Shown here: positions 11,622 through 21,210 of the stretch, in pieces
Position numbering within the stretch: position 1 is the first letter of the stretch
Layout: each line of letters starts with the position of its first letter
Origin: an uncultured Methanomicrobiales archaeon
GTDB lineage: Archaea > Halobacteriota > Methanomicrobia > Methanomicrobiales > Methanospirillaceae
Assembly: GCA_963697895.1 (NCBI GenBank)
Contig: OY969100.1
Span: 1,760,001 to 1,824,000, forward strand
Length of the DNA: 64,000 bases
Direction of reading: 5' to 3'
Made by a program: the position numbers and the translations under genes
The notes under the pieces: generated by a model
Database searches by the model: none
What the model was told of the DNA's origin: nothing
What the model saw: the letters and a program-made list of their open reading frames with translations, nothing else

Positions 11622-11720
11622 ATCATTCGATCTCTCAAGTTTTCAGGATTCTGAGCGCTTGTCTGAGTCATCAATCACTTAAATTGGTGCCATAATGGTA
11701 TCTCAGGTTAAGCACGACAA

Positions 11721-11734
11721 TTCACAATTGTGAA
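11721..11734. promoter_or_regulatory. Palindromic operator TTCACAATTGTGAA between iscS and the PAPS-reductase::desulfurase gene
   Basis: Perfect palindrome (16 bp with flanking A/T), recurring in other island promoter regions. Confidence 0.85.
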
Positions 11735-11936
11735 TGCGTATTCAAATGTTGTGAGTGAGTGCATTTAATTGTTCTGTTTGAAGTTCCCAAAAATAATTCA
11801 GAGAAGACAATAACCTGGATTTTCATAACAGCTCCCGGAATTCTTACCTCAAGTCCGAGCTTGACGGTAATACCATGGGGTAGGTGCTCCCTCCTGGACA
11901 CTGATATTATCAAGCTGCCATGTGCACCTTATAGTG

Positions 11937-14564
11937 ATGCGGGATCCCCCGGTGAAAAAGACGCTCTATTGGTGCGACCACTGCGATGTCCCCCTGATCG
12001 GTAAGCATTGCGGATGCGGAAATACGGGAAGGGCGATCTCCCTGCTACAGCCCTATGATGTCCGTCCCGCCCTATCCCATGACACGGAGTTGATCTATTC
12101 GCTTATCAACGAGCGGTTTGGAGATTTACGCCTTCCACAAGTCATTCTTTTGAACAAAACAGGAGGAATTGACCGGAATGACCTGGTGATAACCCATGGA
12201 GAACGATTGGGGTGGCTCTCATTCGATCCGGTAAGCCGGAAGTTCCGGTTTGACCTTGCGCCAGAGGGACTCCCGTTCATCCTTTCGGAAATGAAAAGAG
12301 GAATAATCGATCTCGAGGCCGCGATTCCTTCTTCAGAAGGGAAGCCCTCAGGGAGGATTGGAGGCAAGCGGTTCAGGGTTACAACCCAGGAGCAGGATGG
12401 AACTGTTATCGTGCGGTATCGTAAACAGTTTGGTACTGGAGTCCTGAAGAATGGATATTTGAGGGTAAAGGAGCTGGGAACGGTACCGGAACGGGAATCC
12501 CCCGACCCGGGCTGGGATGTTGTGGTGGCCAGGAATCAGTACCACTTGAAAAACCTGGAGAGAAACGCGATACGGGCTATCCGCCAGCATATGCATGATC
12601 GCCCGAGGGTGAATGTATCATTTTCCGGGGGAAAGGACAGTACCGCGGTCCTTGCACTCGCTCGCAAGGCCGGTGTCCACGAAGCTTTCTTCATCGATAC
12701 CGGGATCGAATTCCCAGAGACCTTGGCATTTATTGAAAAACAGGGGGTAAAGATCGTCAGGAGAGGTGGGGATTTCTGGAGTGCCGTTCAGAAGGCCGGA
12801 CCACCGGCAAAAGATCGCAGATGGTGCTGCAAACTCCTGAAATTGAATCCACTGAAACTACATCTGGCTGAAACGGGCCCCTGTGTCACCATCCAGGGAA
12901 ACCGGTGGTATGAGTCGTGGAACAGGGCAGACCTAGACATCACCAGCCAGAACCCGGCCAATCCACTCCAGCTGAATATCTCGCCAATCCGAAATTGGCG
13001 GGCACTTGAAGTGTACCTCTACCTCTGGTGGCAGAGGATCCCCTACAATCCCCTATACGACCAGGGGCTTGAGCGGATCGGTTGTTACCTCTGCCCCGCC
13101 ATGCTCGAGAGCGAATCTGAACAACTCGAGAAGATACACCCTGAATTTGCGTCGCGATGGAATGATTTTCTCAGAGGTTGGGAAGATTCCCGGGGGCTTC
13201 CCCGTGAGTATCACAAATGGGGCCTTTGGCGTTGGAAGGAACTCCCTCCCAAGATGAAGGGACTCTGCGAAACCCATGGGATCGTGCTTCAGGAAAACCC
13301 TGTTGCTATCCGCCGGACAACTCCCTCCCCTTATGCGGTCTCCGGGAATGTCGCAGTGCCGAAAAAGGAAGATGATAGTATGATCTATGAAGATGTCAGG
13401 AAGGATTTCTCGCTGGTCGCCGACATTATCTACCTGGACAGCGCCGCGACCAGCCTCTCACCGGAACCGGTGCTGGAGGCAGTCCTTGAATTCGAAAGGA
13501 ACTATCGGGCGAACGTCGGTCGGGGGGTGCACCGATTGGCGCAGATAGCCACCCAGCGGTACTGGCACGCCCATGAGAAAGTTGCCCGTTTCATCGGCGG
13601 GGAGAATGGCACCACGGTGTTTACCAAGAATACCACGGAAGCCATCAACATGGTCGCCCGAGGCCTGGGGTTGCGGAAGGGGGACAGGGTTGTCACCACC
13701 ATCCTCGAGCACCATTCAAACCTCGTCCCCTGGATGCATCTCAGGCAAGAAGGAGTAGACCTCGAGATCGTGGGGATCAACAGAGACTATAGTTTGAATC
13801 TATCAGCACTCGAGGCTGCGGTCACCGATTCAACAAGGCTGGTCACTCTATCCCATGTGTCCAATGCCCTTGGGGTGATCTGTCCCGTCGAAGAGGTGGC
13901 CCGGATCTGCCGGGACCAGGGGGCACTCCTCCTCATTGATGGATCCCAGTCCGTCCCACACCTACCCCTAGATATACATCGTATCGGGGCTGATTTTCTC
14001 TGCTTCTCGGGGCACAAGATGCTCGGACCGACCGGAACAGGCGTGCTCTGGATGAAAGAGCCGGTAATTGCGCCAAGCGACCTGGGAGGAGGGATGATCG
14101 ATACCGTATCAGAGGGGGGATACACCCTCGCCGAAGGATACCAGCGGTATGAAGCCGGCACTCCGAACATCAGTGGTGGAATTGGCCTTGGTGCTGCTGT
14201 CGATTACCTGAAAAGGGTAGGTATGGACAAGATAAGGAGCTCTGAAGAACGTCTGACAACACGGCTTATCGAAGGGCTCCGTTCCATCGACGGGGTAACA
14301 GTCTATGCGCATGACGATCCTGCACGGCGAATCGGAGTCGTTTCATTCACCGTTTCAGGATTCCATCCCCACGAGGTGGCACAGGCACTCGATGAACAGG
14401 CCGATATCATGGTCCGGTCTGGGCATCACTGCTGCATGCCCCTCATGCAGCGACTAGGCCTGCCGGATGGCACAATCAGGGCAAGCCTTTACCTCTACTC
14501 TGCGAATCACGAGGTCGATACTCTCCTCGCGACGGGGAAGGACATTGCGAGAAGTCGTTTATAA
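11937..14564 (+). CDS. PAPS/APS-reductase-family PP-loop protein fused to a SufS-type cysteine desulfurase
   Basis: N-terminal WCDHC..CGC; FSGGKDS; WCCK and GCYLCP; from about 13380 YLDSAAT, FSGHKMLGP, RSGHHC. Confidence 0.88.
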   Translation: MRDPPVKKTLYWCDHCDVPLIGKHCGCGNTGRAISLLQPYDVRPALSHDTELIYSLINERFGDLRLPQVILLNKTGGIDRNDLVITHGERLGWLSFDPVSRKFRFDLAPEGLPFILSEMKRGIIDLEAAIPSSEGKPSGRIGGKRFRVTTQEQDGTVIVRYRKQFGTGVLKNGYLRVKELGTVPERESPDPGWDVVVARNQYHLKNLERNAIRAIRQHMHDRPRVNVSFSGGKDSTAVLALARKAGVHEAFFIDTGIEFPETLAFIEKQGVKIVRRGGDFWSAVQKAGPPAKDRRWCCKLLKLNPLKLHLAETGPCVTIQGNRWYESWNRADLDITSQNPANPLQLNISPIRNWRALEVYLYLWWQRIPYNPLYDQGLERIGCYLCPAMLESESEQLEKIHPEFASRWNDFLRGWEDSRGLPREYHKWGLWRWKELPPKMKGLCETHGIVLQENPVAIRRTTPSPYAVSGNVAVPKKEDDSMIYEDVRKDFSLVADIIYLDSAATSLSPEPVLEAVLEFERNYRANVGRGVHRLAQIATQRYWHAHEKVARFIGGENGTTVFTKNTTEAINMVARGLGLRKGDRVVTTILEHHSNLVPWMHLRQEGVDLEIVGINRDYSLNLSALEAAVTDSTRLVTLSHVSNALGVICPVEEVARICRDQGALLLIDGSQSVPHLPLDIHRIGADFLCFSGHKMLGPTGTGVLWMKEPVIAPSDLGGGMIDTVSEGGYTLAEGYQRYEAGTPNISGGIGLGAAVDYLKRVGMDKIRSSEERLTTRLIEGLRSIDGVTVYAHDDPARRIGVVSFTVSGFHPHEVAQALDEQADIMVRSGHHCCMPLMQRLGLPDGTIRASLYLYSANHEVDTLLATGKDIARSRL

Positions 14565-14629
14565 AACCCTGGCGTGAACCTTACAGGACCGCGATTTTCC
14601 GATCTAATATCCTGATAACTAGATCCTGT

Positions 14630-15613
14630 TCACACATCCCGGAAAGGCGTGAGATCGCACCCGGTACAGGGGAGGCACATCGTCTTTGCTGCACGGGGGT
14701 CAAGATTAAACTCAGCAAGAAGAGCCTTTTGCATCCGTGCCAGCCGGAGCAGGCGATCGGGCGAGGGTCTATTGACTTTCACCTCGCCAGCCCTGAGCGG
14801 GGAAGCGGAGATTGGTCGAAGGATAGGGATCACTCCCCGTTCGGCCAAAAGCCTCACGCCTTCCCTGACGCAGGCATCATCTTCCCCAAGCCCGATGATG
14901 AAATTGGAAAAGACTGCATTCTTCCCGAAAATCTCCACGGCATGCTCCAGGGAGGCAATGATGAACTCAAGGGAGAGGCCTGGGCAGACCCGTGCAAAGA
15001 TATCCCGGTCTGTGGTCTCAACATTTTACTTGATCTCGTCAGCCCCGGCAGCAGCAAGGATTTCTGAGGAAGTGGTTGTCGGGTATACCGAGACCCCGAT
15101 GGGGAGATCGAATTGTTCCCGGAGCACTCTCACAACCTCTGCCATTCTTAAAACCTCCTTCCCGGGCGTATCGGCAACCCCGCTTGTCAATGAAATTGCT
15201 TTAAGGGTCCCCCCGGCAGCAGCCTCTTCGACCTTTCTTAAGACGGTTGCTCTTCCCTTGATCTTCCCCTGCAGTCTTGGCACCGGGCAGAACTTGCAAT
15301 CATAGATGCACCGCTCGCTGATAGTAATGTACGCCTGATCGGGGCAGTGACAGAGTGATGGTTCAAGCGTTCCATGGGTGATCTCAGTACCGTTCAGGAC
15401 CGCTACTACCCGGTTTCCATCGGGCATAATGTTAAGTGAAGATGCCGGATTGATGGAGAGCCGGACACGGTGATCCCCGGACCGGAGAAAGAAGGAGGCC
15501 CCTCCCGCGCCGGGACCTGCTGTAGCAGTCGTCTTCAGGGACCCTGTGATAAGCGCCTCATCGATCCGTGCACTCCCGATGCTTAGCAGTAGGGCTTTTT
15601 CCTCAGGGGTCAT
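14630..15613 (-). CDS. Radical SAM protein (biotin-synthase-related) with an in-frame TAA at 15026-15028
   Basis: CIYDCKFC motif; frame continues ADEIK*NVETTDR to NFIIGLGE and C-terminal CLPCTGC; stop sits where Tyr would be expected. Confidence 0.8.
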
Positions 15614-15762
15614 GGTATGATATTCCTCTGGTTACAAAGATCCTCTGATCGAGGGTGATCGGTCTCCGGTATTGGAATGGAGAGTAGGCCCACGACGAGA
15701 GATGACTGTCTGTTCCTGATTTCGGCTGTTCAGGATGGGTATCCGGATGCTCGTCTGATGCA

Positions 15763-15804
15763 TTCACAATTGTGAATTACAATACAATGATTAACAATTG
15801 TGAA
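15763..15804. promoter_or_regulatory. Two operator copies (perfect 15763-15776; TTAACAATTGTGAA 15791-15804) next to a TATATAA box
   Basis: Divergent radical SAM/nadA intergenic region; copies 28 bp apart. Confidence 0.85.
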
Positions 15805-15907
15805 TATATAACTCTGATGATCAAGTCCGGCCGCCAGCCATGAAAAACGTCCCTGGTTATGGCTGGACCAGTATAAAGGGAAGACCAGAGCAGACCTGAG
15901 GAGAAGA

Positions 15908-16819
15908 ATGACTGATCGCAACACGCTCCGGAGGGAGATCCTTTCCCTCAAAGAGGAATGGAACGTTATCATCCTTGCACATAACTACCAGAATGCCGAG
16001 GTTCAGGATATCGCCGATCTGGTCGGGGATTCGCTCGAACTTGCACGGGCTGCAGGGTCAATGGAAGGTGCGGTTATCGTGTTCTGCGGTGTTGACTTCA
16101 TGGCAGAGACGGCTTCGCTCCTTTCACCGGACAAGACGGTTCTTCTGCCAGCAATTGATGCCTGCTGCCCCATGGCAGAGATGGTGACCTCTGGCGAACT
16201 TGCCGTCTTGAAGGACAGGTATGCGGATGCCGCTGTGGTTTCTTACGTGAATACTACGGCCGAAGTGAAAGCGGTGAGTGACATTTGCTGCACCTCAGCC
16301 AATGCGGTTAAAGTGGTAGAATCTCTCCCTGAATCACGGGTTATCTTTGTTCCCGATCGGAACCTTGCCAGTTATGTTGCCCGACATACATCCAAAATAA
16401 TCCTTCCCTGGGATGGCTACTGTATTGTTCATGATCGCATCACTGTTGAGGATGTCCTCAGGGAGAAAGCCCAGCATCCTGATGCTGAATTGCTTGTCCA
16501 TCCCGAATGCCGTCCCGAAGTGGTTGACTGTGCTGACCACGTATTCTCCACTTCGGGAATCATCAGGCACACCTGCGAAAGCCAAAAAGAGGAGTTCATA
16601 ATCGGAACTGAAGTCGGGATCCTCCACCGGATGAAGAAACTCTGCCCTGAAAAACGAATTTTCCCACTCTCTCCAAAAGCAATATGTGCGAATATGAAGA
16701 AGATATCCCTCGAAAAGGTGCTTACAGCCATGGAAAGGATGGAACCACGGGTTACGGTTCCACCTGACATTGCAGCACCAGCCCGTCGGGCAATCGAACG
16801 GATGCTTGCGATCTCCTGA
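15908..16819 (+). CDS. nadA: Quinolinate synthase A
   Basis: ILAHNYQ, FCGVDFMAE, CPMA, CIVH, HPEC, CANMKK. Confidence 0.96.
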   Translation: MTDRNTLRREILSLKEEWNVIILAHNYQNAEVQDIADLVGDSLELARAAGSMEGAVIVFCGVDFMAETASLLSPDKTVLLPAIDACCPMAEMVTSGELAVLKDRYADAAVVSYVNTTAEVKAVSDICCTSANAVKVVESLPESRVIFVPDRNLASYVARHTSKIILPWDGYCIVHDRITVEDVLREKAQHPDAELLVHPECRPEVVDCADHVFSTSGIIRHTCESQKEEFIIGTEVGILHRMKKLCPEKRIFPLSPKAICANMKKISLEKVLTAMERMEPRVTVPPDIAAPARRAIERMLAIS

Positions 16820-16971
16820 GCCTAACCTTGGAACGGATATAGAGTCCTCTGACCTGCGGTCCCCCATGGCTGGGAAGAAGAATGATTCTGAAGGACCGTT
16901 AGCCGGTCGGAGGAGACTGAGACGATGAACGGTGTACGCTATAAGAATACCCGTTCATCCCTCTCAACCTC

Positions 16972-18009
16972 TCAATCGCTGCCGGTAACACTCTCGAAGA
17001 ATACAGGCCAGAAGGGGTCTTGCTCTGGCATGGCAATCTTTTCTCTTTGGCCATTCCTTCTCGTAATCTGTCTGTATCCGGGATCACCGGTGACCTTCCC
17101 GATAACTGATGCGGGGATGCCGGCACTTCTTAACGCCTCGATGATGCCGTCAGTAGATTCAGGTCCCGCGGTGATCAATAGTGATCCTTCTGCAATCGCC
17201 GCAACAGGATCTATCCCGAAATGATCGCAGACCATCTTTACTTCTTCGGGATAAATGAACCGGGCTTCATCAACTTCAATTCCCACTCCGCTAGCCTCGG
17301 CGATCTCGAACAGGCCGCCGATTACCCCGCCCTCGGTGGCATCGTGCATCGCCGTGACTCCCCCGGCAGCCATCGCGATAAGCGCATCATCAACCACGGT
17401 CATCTGATGGACAAGCTCTATGGCTTTGACTACGAGGGAGCCCGGATACTGATCACGGAGGTCATCTTCCCTGAGGACCGATAAGATACCGGCTGTCTCG
17501 ATGGCGGGTCCCTTGGTGAGAATCACTGTATCCCCGGGCCGTGCACCGGCCGGAGTGACATACTCACCTCGGCGTGAGATCGCAAATACCGTGATCCCCC
17601 CGATGGTCGGCGCTGCAAAGCCCGGGTAATGACCGGTGTGGCCCCCGACAATAGCAATCCCGAGATCACGTGCGGCACGGTCGATCGATTCCACTACGGT
17701 GATAAGATCCTCCCTGGAGAACTCTGGGGGCATCAGGAGGGAATAGGTCATATACTGTGGTTTCACTCCCATGACCGCGATATCGCTTGCGCCGATATGC
17801 ACGGTGTACCAACCGAACATCTCCAGGGGCTGGCCCGGAATTGCAAAGATGGGGTCTTCGGCAACGATCAAAACCTTTCCATCCCCGATATCAATGACCC
17901 CCGCATCAATGCCTGGCATCGGGGGAACGATGATATGTTCATCCTTCTTCCCGAGTTTCGGTAGAATGACCGATGAGAATGTGCTCCCGTCGATCTTCCC
18001 GATCTTCAT
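16972..18009 (-). CDS. AIR synthase (PurM/HypE/ThiL)-superfamily protein
   Basis: DAGV, SDIAVMG, IVGGHT, AMHDATEGG motifs. Confidence 0.85.
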   Translation of the reverse strand: MKIGKIDGSTFSSVILPKLGKKDEHIIVPPMPGIDAGVIDIGDGKVLIVAEDPIFAIPGQPLEMFGWYTVHIGASDIAVMGVKPQYMTYSLLMPPEFSREDLITVVESIDRAARDLGIAIVGGHTGHYPGFAAPTIGGITVFAISRRGEYVTPAGARPGDTVILTKGPAIETAGILSVLREDDLRDQYPGSLVVKAIELVHQMTVVDDALIAMAAGGVTAMHDATEGGVIGGLFEIAEASGVGIEVDEARFIYPEEVKMVCDHFGIDPVAAIAEGSLLITAGPESTDGIIEALRSAGIPASVIGKVTGDPGYRQITRRNGQREKIAMPEQDPFWPVFFESVTGSD

Positions 18010-18614
18010 TCAGACCGCCTCCGTTGATAGGCTCGTGCAATCCCTATCATCTCATCAACCACGGAGACAGGGTCTCTCCCCACAAGTACTGTAACCGGTT
18101 CCTTTCCTATGGCACCCGTCTCGTAGAAGAGATTAGGCACCCGGCCACCTGCAGCGCGGATCGCCTCTCCCACTTTCCATGGCATGGACGCCCCCTCTTC
18201 CTCCTTCATGTCATCTGGTTCATTTCTCCGGTCGATCACGCTGAAGATCCACCCTTTCTCCAGAGAATAATCCTTCAGCCAGGCAGCGAGTGCGGGGTCA
18301 TTTGCAAAATTGATCCCTGCCCTGATTGATGGATCCCTCTTGCGTAGTTCAAGCAAGAGCCGCGCCATGTGGCTCGATGCACCGAATCTTGGCATTCCCG
18401 CCGCATGCGGCATTCCGTTCACAACCGTGATCCTCCCGTCTATCGCAAGAACATCATCAGGACTCCGGGCACGTTCCTTCGCATACACGAGATTGGTTCT
18501 CACTTCAGGGATCAACGATGTAAATTCCCTGCAGGATTCAAGCATGTAGAGCGCAATGCGCATTTTTTCAAACATCGCAACCGCTTCTTCAGTATCGTCC
18601 TCTCCCTCCATCAT
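18006..18614 (-). CDS. ThiN-like (archaeal thiamine-phosphate synthase family) domain protein
   Basis: LIPEVRTNLVYA, GRIT, FGASSHMAR, DRRNEP, GKEP. Confidence 0.82.
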   Translation of the reverse strand: MMEGEDDTEEAVAMFEKMRIALYMLESCREFTSLIPEVRTNLVYAKERARSPDDVLAIDGRITVVNGMPHAAGMPRFGASSHMARLLLELRKRDPSIRAGINFANDPALAAWLKDYSLEKGWIFSVIDRRNEPDDMKEEEGASMPWKVGEAIRAAGGRVPNLFYETGAIGKEPVTVLVGRDPVSVVDEMIGIARAYQRRRSE

Positions 18615-18744
18615 GGAAACTCCCTTCGAATTCTGTCTTATGTAATAGATCGGTCTGGTTCCGGGTTATTATGCAGGGGGATCTCAGAGCACGGGATGGA
18701 CGATTGAATCCATTCCTGCCTGGTCGCCCATGTATCCAGAACAT

Positions 18745-18758
18745 TTCACAATTGTGAA
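18745..18758. promoter_or_regulatory. Operator TTCACAATTGTGAA just downstream of a minus-strand TATA-like element (AAAGTATATC) for the ThiN-like operon
   Basis: Perfect palindrome. Confidence 0.85.
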
Positions 18759-18873
18759 TTGATATACTTTGCCACCGTACACTTCTCATACACTCGACAG
18801 AGCCCTGATTAGAAATACGTTCCTTGCTTTGGGGATCTTGCACTGCAGTACGAGGCTTGCAGGGTAGTGTTCA

Positions 18874-19650
18874 CTACGGAGTCGACTGCTCCTTCTTTTT
18901 GGAGACTTCGATCCGTTCCGGATGCGTGTACACGTTCATCTTATCGCCACGGGCAAATCCGACGATGCTGAGCCCGTTTTTATCGGCGATCTCTATTGCG
19001 AGAGTAGTTGTCGCACCCCGTGAGATAATGATGGGAATATTGGCAATCAGGCACTTCCGCGCCATCTCCGAGGAGATCCGCCCGGACGCGATGATGAATG
19101 TGTTCGATAGGTCAATTCCGTTTCTCAATGCATACCCAATGACCCTGTCCAAGGCATTGTGTCTCCCGATATCCTCAGATCCGCTGATGATTTTTTGGGC
19201 GCCAACAAGCGCAACGACGTGGATTCCTCCTGTTATTTTATAAAGTTCGGAGTTGAGGGTGTTTTTCATCATGTCCGTAATGAATGCAGTGCTGATAGAG
19301 AAAACAGAATGAATTTTGGGGAGTTTTTCTGGATCGATATACGAGGCACTTCCCCCGCATCCCGAAAGGATCGTTTTTTTCGGGCCGAGGACTTTGAACA
19401 GGTTTGTGGTGATCACACTGATCCGGTTCTTATCCAATTTTATTGATTCAATCTCGTCAGCCTTCCTGATTACCTGTTCGGTGAAGAGGAAGCCGGTGAC
19501 GAAGTCTTCAATACCATCAGGGCTCATCATTGCTGTCATCATGTGCCGCCCGTTCACAAAGAGAGCGTATGGTATCTCTTCGACGACTTCATGGAGGATC
19601 CGTTCAGATATTCCCCCAATGATCCGGATGCAGGGTACCTTACGATACAC
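18874..19650 (-). CDS. fdhD: Formate dehydrogenase accessory sulfurtransferase FdhD
   Basis: GFLFTE, SGCGG, TGGIH, EDIGRHNALDRVIG, SGRISSEM. Confidence 0.92.
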   Translation of the reverse strand: MYRKVPCIRIIGGISERILHEVVEEIPYALFVNGRHMMTAMMSPDGIEDFVTGFLFTEQVIRKADEIESIKLDKNRISVITTNLFKVLGPKKTILSGCGGSASYIDPEKLPKIHSVFSISTAFITDMMKNTLNSELYKITGGIHVVALVGAQKIISGSEDIGRHNALDRVIGYALRNGIDLSNTFIIASGRISSEMARKCLIANIPIIISRGATTTLAIEIADKNGLSIVGFARGDKMNVYTHPERIEVSKKKEQSTP

Positions 19651-19713
19651 CTGTCACACCCTCCTCTGTCCGTTGGCCAAGATTAGAGATGATTCCGGGT
19701 ATCGCATGTTCCA

Positions 19714-20523
19714 TCACTTGATTAACACCTCATCCATGCTCCCGCTCCGGTAACCTTCAAGATCCAGTGTAATATACGAAATCCCTAACTTTCTGAATTC
19801 TTTCGCTATCTCGTCTCTCATACCAGCGATCCTGGGTATATCCCTATTTTTTGCTTCAATTCTCGCAATTCCGGAATGCATCCTCACCCGAACCTGGAGA
19901 AACCCTTTGGAGTGAAGATAGTCTTCCGCAACTTCAATCATCCGGAGGCACTTTTCAGTTATCTCTTCTCCGTAGGGAATTCGAGAGGAGAGGCAAGCGG
20001 CGGAAGGTTTGTTCCAGAAATCGTACCCGCATTCCCGGGCAATATTCCTGATATCTTCTTTGTTGATCCTCGCATCGATAAAGGGGTGCACAATCCCCTC
20101 TTCAGTACTGGCGATGATCCCCGGGCGGTGTTCATTGATGTCAGAGAGATTTATCCCATCGGCAACACAGTAAAGGCCAAGTTCGTGAGCCCTCCTTTTC
20201 AGGATTTGTGCATCTGTCTTTTTACAGTGGTAGCAGCGATCGGGAGCATTTCTTCTGATTGTATCATTTATGGCATTCTCCCGGATGATTTCAAACGAGA
20301 GGCCGAGACTATAACCGATACGCTCCGCTTCGATTACTGCCGATCTCGGGACAAGGGGGCTGTCAAGAAAGACACAGTGGGCTCTCTCATCCATCACCAC
20401 TTTTGCCACTGCTGCCAGAAGAGCACTGTCTACCCCGCCCGAATAGGCAATGAGCATGGATTTCCTTATGCCAATCTGTTGCTTCAGGGCTTCATACTTG
20501 CAGCCGTTTCCCTCTTTGTCCAT
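19714..20523 (-). CDS. larE: ATP-dependent sulfur transferase LarE
   Basis: AYSGGVDS PP-loop, RCYHCK, RPG, ACLSSRIPYG, GYRSGSM. Confidence 0.92.
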   Translation of the reverse strand: MDKEGNGCKYEALKQQIGIRKSMLIAYSGGVDSALLAAVAKVVMDERAHCVFLDSPLVPRSAVIEAERIGYSLGLSFEIIRENAINDTIRRNAPDRCYHCKKTDAQILKRRAHELGLYCVADGINLSDINEHRPGIIASTEEGIVHPFIDARINKEDIRNIARECGYDFWNKPSAACLSSRIPYGEEITEKCLRMIEVAEDYLHSKGFLQVRVRMHSGIARIEAKNRDIPRIAGMRDEIAKEFRKLGISYITLDLEGYRSGSMDEVLIK

Positions 20524-20576
20524 GATGGAACGAGTATCTCCGATGGAAGGAATTCAGTGGGATGAGCCAAAAAAAA

Positions 20577-20906
20577 TCAGGAGTCGCACTCCGATGGTTC
20601 ATACCCGCACTGGTCCCCTTCCTCCCTTAGTTGCTTGCAGATATCACAGATCCGGTCAACGAGGTTTTCCACTTTTCCGTCCTTGAGGTCCTGTGCAAGG
20701 CGTTCAATCGATCGTTTTACTTCATCCTCAAACTCGATTCGGTACCCGCGTTTACCGGATATATACTGGGATACCGCAGAGGGGGCAATCTCGAGCATTT
20801 TTGAGGCCTCGATCTGGGATACTCCGCACCTTACCAGTTCGACGGCAATTGCCGCCCTGATTGCGGGCAAAACATCCCATACAATCTTTTGACACGGTGC
20901 CTGCAT
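20577..20906 (-). CDS. Cys-rich XRE-type HTH transcriptional regulator (COG2522-like)
   Basis: PC...LPAIRAAIAVEL..GVSQIEASKML..SAVSQYISGKRG HTH; C-terminal ICDIC. Confidence 0.85.
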   Translation of the reverse strand: MQAPCQKIVWDVLPAIRAAIAVELVRCGVSQIEASKMLEIAPSAVSQYISGKRGYRIEFEDEVKRSIERLAQDLKDGKVENLVDRICDICKQLREEGDQCGYEPSECDS

Positions 20907-20947
20907 ACTCTCACTCTCTGAGTGTAATCATCCATAGATGTTTGGCT

Positions 20948-20961
20948 TTCACAATTGTGAA
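20948..20961. promoter_or_regulatory. Operator TTCACAATTGTGAA about 40 bp upstream of the HTH gene
   Basis: Perfect palindrome; position suggests autoregulation. Confidence 0.85.
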
Positions 20962-21060
20962 TCAACTTAGGAACCCAAAATAGTTTGCACGCTCTTTTTT
21001 TTTCATTTTGGAACGATCACTCCCCTTTAAGAGATCCATTGGAGGATCATCTACCGCTTA

Positions 21061-21116
21061 CGAAATCTATAAATAATCACAATAGTTATCAAATAAGGTA
21101 AGTTCACAATTGTGAA
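21061..21116 (+). promoter_or_regulatory. tRNA-Cys/pscS promoter: BRE/TATA (CGAAATCTATAAATA), degenerate site 21076-21089, perfect operator 21103-21116
   Basis: TATA box followed by the palindrome, which ends 6 nt before the tRNA. Confidence 0.8.
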
Positions 21117-21122
21117 TTCAAT

Positions 21123-21194
21123 GCCCGGGTGGCAGAGTGGTGATGCGTCAGACTGCAGATCTGATCAATATGAGTTCAATTCTCATCCCGGGCT
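21123..21194 (+). tRNA. tRNA-Cys (GCA)
   Basis: GCCCGGG/CCCGGGC acceptor, U73, TCAGA-CTGCAGA-TCTGA anticodon arm with G37, ATGAG-TTCAATT-CTCAT T-arm. Confidence 0.93.
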
Positions 21195-21210
21195 TTCAGG
21201 TGACACAACA

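Noticed and set aside
11937-14564. Dnd/Ssp DNA phosphorothioation system
   Set aside because: No DndB/D/E, Ssp or restriction partner genes nearby; the context is sulfur metabolism
15026-15028. Recoded stop (pyrrolysine or selenocysteine) in the radical SAM gene
   Set aside because: The codon is TAA, not TAG or TGA, and is one base from a Tyr codon at a position where Tyr fits
21112-21210. N-terminal extension of pscS shown in the ORF track
   Set aside because: It overlaps the operator and tRNA-Cys; the RBS supports ATG 21211
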